Below are positions 8,730-15,058 of a DNA stretch of 38,416 nucleotides, one piece after another. The notes beneath the pieces were generated by a model. That model was not told where the DNA came from. It did no database searches and saw only the letters and a list, made by a program, of their open reading frames with translations. Origin of the DNA: a virus (lineage: Duplodnaviria; Caudoviricetes); IMG/VR virus record IMGVR_UViG_3300037350_000013, positions 1-38,416 of that record. One strand, given 5' to 3'. A program made the position numbers and the translations under genes. The stretch's first letter is position 1; each line of letters begins with the position of its first letter.

Positions 8730-9539
8730 ATGGCGTGGGTGCGGATTCACGAAGGTGCGATGCAGGACTTGAAGATTTCATCGCTGCCAGACTCGGCGTT
8801 CCGTCTGTGGGTGCGTGGATTGTGCTACTGCCAGACGGCGCTCACAGACGGGCTGATTCCGCACTCCGCGCTCCGGGACATGGGTGCGAAGCGGAAGGAC
8901 GTCGACACGCTCGCTGCCGTGCGCGTGGAAGGCCGAGGGCCGTTGTGGGATCGCGTCGACCTGTTCGGCTTCAAGGTCCACGACTACCTCGATTGGAACG
9001 AGAGCCGGGAAGTGGTGCTGGCGAAGCGTCAGTCTGGTCGTGATCGCGCGAAGCAATGGCGCACGAACAGCGTTCGTAACGGCGAACGTAGCACGCTTGA
9101 AAGGCGTGATCTAGCTAGTGATGTGTTGTTACGTGATCATGATCATTCCGATCAAGAAAAAGAACGCGCGTCTGATTTCGAGGCGTTCTGGTCGGCCTAC
9201 CCGAAAAAGGTCGGACGCGCGGCAGCGGAACGTGAGTGGAATCGCCTCAAGCCTGACGCGCGACTGTGCGAGGCCATCGCTGCCGCGCTCGACGTGCAGC
9301 GACGTTCGGCGCAGTGGACGAAGGACGGTGGCGAGTTCATCCCGCACGCGCGAACCTGGTTGCACCAGCGGCGGTGGCAGGACGAAGTATCAGCACCTCG
9401 ACTTGTCGGCGGCGTGCGCGATCGATCGTGGTCAGAGGAATGCGCCGACTTGCATCACGGCGAATGCGGCTCGGCCACGATTCACCACAACCGGACGGTG
9501 ATTGAAGCAGCGCGAGCTGAGCGGGAGAAGTCCGCATGA
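8730..9539 (+). CDS. Phage replication initiator / replisome organizer
   Basis: N-terminal WVRI...LPDSAFRLW...HDYLDWN; C-terminal FEAFWSAYPKKVG...FIPH..TWL...RW.DE. Confidence 0.85.
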   Translation: MAWVRIHEGAMQDLKISSLPDSAFRLWVRGLCYCQTALTDGLIPHSALRDMGAKRKDVDTLAAVRVEGRGPLWDRVDLFGFKVHDYLDWNESREVVLAKRQSGRDRAKQWRTNSVRNGERSTLERRDLASDVLLRDHDHSDQEKERASDFEAFWSAYPKKVGRAAAEREWNRLKPDARLCEAIAAALDVQRRSAQWTKDGGEFIPHARTWLHQRRWQDEVSAPRLVGGVRDRSWSEECADLHHGECGSATIHHNRTVIEAARAEREKSA

Positions 9540-9751
9540 GCGACCGTATCGTCACCGGCATTCGGTTACTGCGCGCGGTGTTTGAAGCGCAGCGCGGCCT
9601 TGATGAGATTTCAGGGCTGACGGGACGGCGAGCGGATGCCTTGTGGTGCGAGCGCTCGGACGTGCTGAAGCGCGCGAAGGATGAACTCGCGGAGTTCGAG
9701 AATGCGCCGTTGCCCTTGGACTGGAAAGCGAAGCAGGCAGGCGAACGATGA
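9536..9751 (+). CDS. Hypothetical protein
   Basis: ATGA-coupled ORF. Confidence 0.6.
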   Translation: MSDRIVTGIRLLRAVFEAQRGLDEISGLTGRRADALWCERSDVLKRAKDELAEFENAPLPLDWKAKQAGER

Positions 9752-10110
9752 CCGAACGTCTCCGCGTCCACGTCCGCTGTGATACCTGCAAGTATCCGAC
9801 GTCCAAAGCGAAACGCGAGGATGGGCATTACGGGCCGTGTCCCCGGTGCGTGGGGATTCTCAGGGCGTGTCAGCCCAAGCCGATGAAGGACGCGCACATG
9901 CACGTCCTGACGCCGGAATCGCGCGTGCTGGACTCGCTGGACGACACCAGGAGCACCGATTTCGCACAGGTGCTTCGACGCTCAGGACTAACCGCCTCAC
10001 GCTGCCGTGAAGCGTTGGACACGCTGATCAAGCTCCATCTCGTGTCGCGTGTGCACTATCGAACCAAGTATCTCTACCAGAAGCGGAAGGGGCAGACGGT
10101 GGCGGCATGA
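9748..10110 (+). CDS. Zinc ribbon plus winged-helix protein, putative regulator
   Basis: CDTC...CPRC followed by FAQVLRRSGLTASRCREALDTL...LV. Confidence 0.65.
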   Translation: MTERLRVHVRCDTCKYPTSKAKREDGHYGPCPRCVGILRACQPKPMKDAHMHVLTPESRVLDSLDDTRSTDFAQVLRRSGLTASRCREALDTLIKLHLVSRVHYRTKYLYQKRKGQTVAA

Positions 10111-10355
10111 CGCAGTGGCAACCGATTGAAAGCGCGCCGAAGAGTGGACAGGTGCGGATCATTCTCGGATTCGCCGCCGACGAAGAAGGTTACACGCTGC
10201 CGTCTCGTGAAGGCTACTGGAATGCCACGCTGCGTCGCTGGGTGTCAACACTTGATCCCAGTTGGGCGCAAAGCCCAATTCCAACCCACTGGATGCCCTT
10301 ACCCGATCCTCCTGATCTCCCCCAGGGGTGGACGGCGCAGACGGAGAAGGTATGA
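10107..10355 (+). CDS. DUF551-like phage protein
   Basis: WQPIESAPK...PTHWMPLPDPP. Confidence 0.9.
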   Translation: MTQWQPIESAPKSGQVRIILGFAADEEGYTLPSREGYWNATLRRWVSTLDPSWAQSPIPTHWMPLPDPPDLPQGWTAQTEKV

Positions 10356-10564
10356 AGAACGAAAACTACGGTTCGCAGCACGACAGCGAGAAAGCCAAAC
10401 TCGCGCATCTCGCGGCGTTTCAAGCGTATTGGCAGCAGCTTCAACAAGCGACACCGAGGCGGCCGATCATCACGCCCATCATCGCGCAGCCTCGACGTGA
10501 GGCTACGGAACCGCTCGTGAGTGCGTCGGTTGCAGCCTATCTCGCGGAGTGGTTTGACAAGTGA
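10352..10564 (+). CDS. Hypothetical protein
   Basis: ATGA overlap; RBS GGAG. Confidence 0.6.
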   Translation: MKNENYGSQHDSEKAKLAHLAAFQAYWQQLQQATPRRPIITPIIAQPRREATEPLVSASVAAYLAEWFDK

Positions 10565-10595
10565 TCCCCTCCACCCGTCACCGGGGAGCCGCCGC

Positions 10596-10757
10596 ATGAG
10601 AGTGTTTCGGATTCTGACGTGGTGTCTGCTGTGGCCCTGTTTCGTGCTGGCGTTCATCGTCGTCGGCATCGTGCTTGAGGGTATCGCGGTCGGCGCGCTA
10701 GAAGGTCACGAACGATGGCGCATGGGCTTTGTGGATCTGCTGCGGAGAAAGCCGTGA
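10596..10757 (+). CDS. Small membrane protein
   Basis: RBS GGGAG; hydrophobic helix. Confidence 0.6.
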   Translation: MRVFRILTWCLLWPCFVLAFIVVGIVLEGIAVGALEGHERWRMGFVDLLRRKP

Positions 10758-10963
10758 CGAAGCGAGAGCAGAACATCCGAGATGTGGCGAGTCGAGCGGA
10801 GAGGCATTGGCACGGGCAGAAGCTCCGCGCGCTTGCGGAGAAGTGGCGTTCGAGTGCGACGGGCTGGGACACGCATCAGAGCATCGTTGGCGACGTTCGC
10901 GCGGACACGCTTCGGCATCTCGCTCAGGAACTGGAAGCCCTCATAGCGGAGCGGGAACAGTGA
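10754..10963 (+). CDS. Hypothetical protein
   Basis: GTGA overlaps. Confidence 0.6.
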   Translation: MTKREQNIRDVASRAERHWHGQKLRALAEKWRSSATGWDTHQSIVGDVRADTLRHLAQELEALIAEREQ

Positions 10964-11223
10964 GCTTTCGACGCCGAGCCGGAGGCGGGAAACGGGATAC
11001 CTCAGAAGGGCCGATTAAAGCCGCCCTGGAGGCCGTAGGCGCGCGCGTCTGGCAAATCGGGGGAACGGGCAACCCCGATCTGCTCGTTGAATGGCGGGGC
11101 ATCTGGACGCCCCTAGAAGCCAAATCGAAGGGTGGGACGTTGACGCGGAATCAGCAAGCTTTGACCTGGGCTGTCGTGCGGACCCCTGAGGAAGCCTTGA
11201 AAGCGATTGGAGCGATGCGATGA
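10960..11223 (+). CDS. Minimal PD-(D/E)xK nuclease (VRR-NUC / Holliday junction resolvase-like)
   Basis: RD.SE..I..AL...G...GNPDLLV...LEAK...LT..Q. Confidence 0.8.
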   Translation: MSFRRRAGGGKRDTSEGPIKAALEAVGARVWQIGGTGNPDLLVEWRGIWTPLEAKSKGGTLTRNQQALTWAVVRTPEEALKAIGAMR

Positions 11224-11384
11224 CACAGAAAGAGGCAGATCGGTTGCTGATACTCGCCGCGAAGTGTGCGGACACGCTCGCCAGCCCGCGTCAGGTCATG
11301 GACATCGGCCGTGGCGAGATGCGCGCGATTCTCGCCGCGCTGAAGTATTACGCGCAGACCGGCCGGCAAAAGGCTCCGCGATGA
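11220..11384 (+). CDS. 54-aa hypothetical protein
   Basis: Read by hand (MTQKEADRLL...); ATGA overlaps at both ends. Confidence 0.6.
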   Translation: MTQKEADRLLILAAKCADTLASPRQVMDIGRGEMRAILAALKYYAQTGRQKAPR

Positions 11385-11572
11385 CTGATCCGCTCGCCTT
11401 CGAGAAAGCCGATCCCGGCAAATGTGAACGTTCGTGGTGGTGTGACGAACCGACGCGCGAAGCGTTCACGCAAGCGGCCGAGCGAGAAGCCCTGCGGATG
11501 CGGCTGTCTCGGATCGCCCATAGCTTGAATACCCCGATTGTGGGGCTGATTCCACTGCGCGGCAGCAGATGA
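11381..11572 (+). CDS. Hypothetical protein ending VGLIPLRGSR; target gene of the cassette insertion
   Basis: ATGA start overlap; 3' end duplicated at 12108-12140. Confidence 0.65.
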   Translation: MTDPLAFEKADPGKCERSWWCDEPTREAFTQAAEREALRMRLSRIAHSLNTPIVGLIPLRGSR

Positions 11573-11576
11573 CGAA

Positions 11577-11616
11577 TACCGGTAGAGTTGACAACAATAC
11601 CGGTAAAGTATATACT
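11577..11616 (+). promoter_or_regulatory. Near-consensus sigma70 promoter with two TACCGGTA palindromic operators
   Basis: TTGACA(11588)-N17-TATACT(11611); TACCGGTA at 11577 and 11598, 21 bp apart. Confidence 0.85.
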
Positions 11617-11627
11617 GTCTCTCGGAG

Positions 11628-11903
11628 GTGAGAGATGGCAGCTTACTTTTAGGTGATGTGTTGGCGCAGCCTGGAATCATCGGCCCTGTGAGCGATGAGC
11701 CGTCATCCCGTTTCGCGCGAGGCGCACGAGTTGAGGCGATGGACGATGACCGCCTGTGGAAGCTCGCGCGTGTCGAGCGATTCGAGCCATATCGTGGCCG
11801 AGAGGGCTACTACATTCACTGGGAGCTACCCTGTGACGCGCTGCTGGGCGTGTCTCTCGGTGGGTGGAAACCGGGACACGCAGTCCGACCGTGCGCGAAG
11901 TAA
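11628..11903 (+). CDS. Small Tudor/SH3-like beta-barrel protein (start uncertain)
   Basis: F..G.RVEA.....W..A.V......Y.IHW......W....VR pattern. Confidence 0.5.
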   Translation: MRDGSLLLGDVLAQPGIIGPVSDEPSSRFARGARVEAMDDDRLWKLARVERFEPYRGREGYYIHWELPCDALLGVSLGGWKPGHAVRPCAK

Positions 11904-11926
11904 CGAACCGTGATTACACTCGCGGG

Positions 11927-12103
11927 ATGGCAAAACGAGGCTACTCCCGCGAGTTCACTCCCAAGACGGAGCGCCGCGTGCGCTTCGAGATCGATCGGAT
12001 TCCGCCGACGCTGATGGACGCGGTGAAGGCGAAGGCCAGACGCGAAGGCGTCTCGCTGCGCGCGTTGACATTGCGGCTCTGGACTGACTGGCTGAAAAGT
12101 TGA
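11927..12103 (+). CDS. Ribbon-helix-helix (Arc/CopG-like) regulator
   Basis: RFEIDRIPPTLMDAVKAKARREGVSLRALTLRLW; TACACT-N6-ATG. Confidence 0.8.
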   Translation: MAKRGYSREFTPKTERRVRFEIDRIPPTLMDAVKAKARREGVSLRALTLRLWTDWLKS

Positions 12104-12136
12104 GTCTGTGGGGCTGATTCCGTTGCGAGGGAGTCG

Positions 12137-12241
12137 ATGAGCGCTGCGGCGTTGAATACGTGTTATCGGTGCCGACTTGTTCGTCCGTGGTGGCAATTCC
12201 TGCGCTGCACGAACTGCCGTTGTTGGGTGCCGTTTCTATGA
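12137..12241 (+). CDS. 34-aa zinc-finger microprotein
   Basis: MSAAALNTCYRCRLVRPWWQFLRCTNCRCWVPFL; RBS GAGGGAG; ATGA overlap with the stop of the repeat copy. Confidence 0.5.
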   Translation: MSAAALNTCYRCRLVRPWWQFLRCTNCRCWVPFL

Positions 12242-12260
12242 TTGCTCCCGAGGTGATCCG

Positions 12261-12479
12261 ATGACCCCACCCACCAAACCCGACGAATATGCAGGTTCAC
12301 TGATCGCAGCGTTGAAAGCCAACCCGAATGGGGCAGATGCCGCGCTTGTGGCGCGCGTGCGGAAGTTCCTCGATCGCCGGCTGACCGATGCGGCAAAAGG
12401 CGGTTGTCATCACTGCCACGAAGGCGAATCAGGCGCTCCATGTTGGTGGTGCGGCTTGAAGAATCGGAAGGCGCGATGA
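12261..12479 (+). CDS. Small protein with C-terminal zinc finger
   Basis: RBS GAGGTG; CHHC...CWWC. Confidence 0.65.
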   Translation: MTPPTKPDEYAGSLIAALKANPNGADAALVARVRKFLDRRLTDAAKGGCHHCHEGESGAPCWWCGLKNRKAR

Positions 12480-12673
12480 TCCCGCCTGTCCCTGAGAGGC
12501 CCGAAAGGAAGTTGAGCGCGAAAGGCCGAGACAAGATTCTCGCAATCTTGGAAGCCTTGTCCACCGATTGCAATCAGCCGTGGAGCACGTGCCGCCACTG
12601 TCTTGCGATGGAGGAGTTTGAGCAGAAGTCTGTGCGGAAGTTGCTGCGCGCCCTACTTGCCGAGGTCTCCTGA
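12476..12673 (+). CDS. Small Cys-containing hypothetical protein
   Basis: ATGA overlap; C...CRHC. Confidence 0.6.
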   Translation: MIPPVPERPERKLSAKGRDKILAILEALSTDCNQPWSTCRHCLAMEEFEQKSVRKLLRALLAEVS

Positions 12674-12863
12674 GATGCGCGATCCCTCCCCAACGCCAGA
12701 ATCGGCCGAATACGCGAGACGTGAACAACTCACGCACCGGCTCCTAAAGTTCTGCCACGCGCCAGACCGTGCGTCCCTGAACGAGTTGACGATTTGGGAT
12801 TGTCGGATGCTGATCGAGTTCATGGCGAGCCTCGATTGAAGGTTGAGATGCGCGATCCCTCCC
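12671..12863 (+). repeat. 20-bp perfect direct repeat TGAGATGCGCGATCCCTCCC
   Basis: Copies at 12671-12690 and 12844-12863. Confidence 0.9.
12675..12839 (+). CDS. 54-aa hypothetical protein between 20-bp direct repeats
   Basis: RBS GAGGT; repeat includes the start codon. Confidence 0.55.
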   Translation: MRDPSPTPESAEYARREQLTHRLLKFCHAPDRASLNELTIWDCRMLIEFMASLD

Positions 12864-12879
12864 GATCCGAGAAGGCCCA

Positions 12880-13179
12880 ATGACCAGAGATCAACACCTC
12901 TACGTGATCGCCGCCGAAGAAAGCATCGAAGTAGGCCAGCGATGCACGAAGGCGGCACGGTTTGGCGGTGACGAAGTGCAGCCGGGCCAACCCCTCGATA
13001 ACCGCCAGCGCATCATGCAGGAGTTTGCGGATCTGCTCGGTGTGATGGAACTGCTCGGGTTCGCGCCGCTGGTTGGCCCTCTACATGCGCTGCGGCCGTG
13101 GATTGACGCCAAGAAAGCCAAGGTCGAGCGGTTTCTCGACTACTCCCGAGAATGCGGACAACTGACAGAGGAAGGCTGA
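12880..13179 (+). CDS. MazG-like nucleotide pyrophosphohydrolase
   Basis: AEESIEV.Q...KA.RFG...QEFADL. Confidence 0.75.
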   Translation: MTRDQHLYVIAAEESIEVGQRCTKAARFGGDEVQPGQPLDNRQRIMQEFADLLGVMELLGFAPLVGPLHALRPWIDAKKAKVERFLDYSRECGQLTEEG

Positions 13180-13409
13180 TGTCTGATCCTGACGCGCCCC
13201 AAATCTGCGTAGATTGTGGCGAGCCGTTTGTTGCGGACGAGCCGCGCGCTCACGCCCCAGATGGTGATCTTCACGTTCGTTGCGCTAAACGCGGAAAAGC
13301 GCACGGCCGGGTTGTGGAACTAAAGCGCTGCCAGAATTGCGGCTCACCGATGTTTCTCGGTGATGCCTGTTTTCAATGCGGAGTCGGACCGCGCATCGGA
13401 GGGGCATGA
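13179..13409 (+). CDS. Double zinc-finger microprotein
   Basis: CVDC...H..C and CQNC...CFQC. Confidence 0.7.
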   Translation: MSDPDAPQICVDCGEPFVADEPRAHAPDGDLHVRCAKRGKAHGRVVELKRCQNCGSPMFLGDACFQCGVGPRIGGA

Positions 13410-14131
13410 TGTCTGACGCGCCCCCACAGGCCGACCCGTGGAAGGACGTGAGATTCGTGGGCGCTACAATCGGCAATGCCTATCTTGGGAAGGCTGATCC
13501 GGGTGGCGAACTGCGAATGGTGTATCTCGCGGCTGACGTTGATCGGGCATTAGCCACCGAGCGCCAGCACCACGCCGAGGAGATCGAGGCAGAACGCAAC
13601 TGGCGGCTGACTCAGTGTGACGTGAGCGATTTCCTGAAGAAGGAATTAGAAGCCGCCCTTCACGAGCAGGCCCGACTCAGGGAACGGCTCCAAGAGTGGA
13701 AGGAGCGCGAACAGAGGCGCGTTGTGGCGCTTAAGGAATCCGGCTTCTACGGCGGGACCGTGCTGGATGGCATCGCATGGCTCAAAGCGCGTGCCGAAGC
13801 CGCCGAGCAGGCCCACGCCGCCCTCCAGCAGCAGATGGATGAGATCGACCGGATTATCTACATGCCAACTGACGCGATTCCCCACGCTGATGGTCGGCAG
13901 GCGTTTCGTCGGGGTTGGCTCACTTCGGCAGCAGCGGCAGCGGAACAGCATGAGGACGAAGTGGATCGACTCGCCGCCCTGTCCGAGTCCCACGCCAGCA
14001 TGAAGAAGGAAATCGAGCAGGCGTGTCGCACGGCCTTGCGGCTAGATGTCCCACGGCATGAACTGATTCAACGCATTCGTGCCGCGCTCGCCTCCGCTCC
14101 CTCCACTACACCGGAGCAGTCCAATGGCTGA
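13406..14131 (+). CDS. Coiled-coil phage protein (Ead/Ea22-like mosaic)
   Basis: Heptad-rich; YLAADVD, RAEAAE and IRAAL motifs. Confidence 0.65.
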   Translation: MMSDAPPQADPWKDVRFVGATIGNAYLGKADPGGELRMVYLAADVDRALATERQHHAEEIEAERNWRLTQCDVSDFLKKELEAALHEQARLRERLQEWKEREQRRVVALKESGFYGGTVLDGIAWLKARAEAAEQAHAALQQQMDEIDRIIYMPTDAIPHADGRQAFRRGWLTSAAAAAEQHEDEVDRLAALSESHASMKKEIEQACRTALRLDVPRHELIQRIRAALASAPSTTPEQSNG

Positions 14132-14336
14132 GAAGAACTACGACTCCACGATCATGCGGATCGCGGGCAACCTCCTGAGCGGCAGCAGGCCTGAGATTGC
14201 GGAATACATCGTCCTTGATCCAGGCGATGAGATGCTGTCGGAACGTGAGTTGCGACGGGTCCAATGGGCGGTCGCAATGGGCCGTGAGATCGTCGCGGAA
14301 ACCCTTCGCTCCGCTCCCTCCACGGAGCCGAAGTAG
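14124..14336 (+). CDS. Hypothetical protein
   Basis: RBS GGAG; C-terminus shares SAPST with the upstream gene. Confidence 0.65.
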   Translation: MAEKNYDSTIMRIAGNLLSGSRPEIAEYIVLDPGDEMLSERELRRVQWAVAMGREIVAETLRSAPSTEPK

Positions 14337-14349
14337 GCGTATACTGCCT

Positions 14350-14363
14350 GTCAAGGATTTGAC
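14350..14363. promoter_or_regulatory. Palindromic GTCAA-N4-TTGAC site upstream of terS
   Basis: GTCAAGGATTTGAC; 13/14 match to the copy at 19541-19554. Confidence 0.6.
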
Positions 14364-14392
14364 GCGAGCTACTGAGCTAGAGCTAGCTCCCT

Positions 14393-14791
14393 ATGCCAGT
14401 TCCCAAAGGTAAGCGCTACGGAGGCGTCCAGAAGGGCTACAAAGCGCCCAAAACGCTCGAAAAGCTTGAGGCGCGCGAGTTCACCCGTAAGATGGTGACG
14501 GACGCGCTGAGGCCCATGATTCAGGCGCAAATCGCCAACGCCCAAGGCATCGGCCATCTCTACACCCGCGACAAGGCTGGGAAATTCACCAAGATTGAGA
14601 ACCAGGCGCAGATCGACCAGTTGCTCAAAGAGGGCAGCGAGGGCGAGCACTACTGGATCTTCTCGAAAGACCCGTCGGTGCAAGCGTTTACCGACCTCTT
14701 GAACCGCGCGCTCGACAAACCGGCCGAACAAGTCAAGGTGACGGGCGAAGATGGCGGGCCAGTCGAATTCACGTTCCGCTGGAAAGGTTAA
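14393..14791 (+). CDS. terS: Terminase small subunit
   Basis: PKG...GG..KG N-terminus; LL.RALDKP....VTGEDGGPV C-terminus; synteny with terL. Confidence 0.8.
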   Translation: MPVPKGKRYGGVQKGYKAPKTLEKLEAREFTRKMVTDALRPMIQAQIANAQGIGHLYTRDKAGKFTKIENQAQIDQLLKEGSEGEHYWIFSKDPSVQAFTDLLNRALDKPAEQVKVTGEDGGPVEFTFRWKG

Positions 14792-14796
14792 GGAAA

Positions 14797-15054
14797 ATGG
14801 CACCCGTCCACCGTGCGGAGACTGGTGAGCGATTGACCGGAGAAGTGGTGTCGCGTCACCCTTCTGCGTCTCAATACGGTGGGTCGTTTGGAGAGATCCG
14901 CGGGACGGATGGCAAGTTCTACACGTTCGACAGCGGCCATGTCTTTCGTAACTTCAGCTTCGCGCGTGTTGGTGCGAAGGTGGCGTTTACGGTGGTGTGC
15001 TACAGCTATGCCACCGACATCGACCAACTCGACAAACACGCACCGAAGCCGTAA
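14797..15054 (+). CDS. Cold-shock-domain (OB-fold)-like protein
   Basis: TGEV...FGEI.GTDG..Y.F....V......VG.KV.F......ATDI pattern; RBS AAGGA. Confidence 0.6.
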   Translation: MAPVHRAETGERLTGEVVSRHPSASQYGGSFGEIRGTDGKFYTFDSGHVFRNFSFARVGAKVAFTVVCYSYATDIDQLDKHAPKP

Positions 15055-15058
15055 GCGG

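Larger units (their letters stand above)
11539..12140 (+). mobile_element. About 570-bp cassette (moron) bounded by a recoded 34-bp direct repeat
   Basis: 11539-11572 vs 12107-12140: 15 identical bases, then six synonymous differences. Confidence 0.7.

Noticed and set aside
11539-12140. Diversity-generating retroelement TR/VR pair
   Set aside because: Only 34 bp, the differences are synonymous and not adenine-specific, and there is no reverse transcriptase in the window
11539-14323. CRISPR or mini-CRISPR array
   Set aside because: Each repeat occurs only twice, the pairs are unrelated, the spacing is gene-sized, and no cas genes are present
14879-15058. N-terminal extension of TerL given by the ORF track
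   Set aside because: It overlaps the CSD-like gene; the family-like start is MAQTAEIEIPY at 15059
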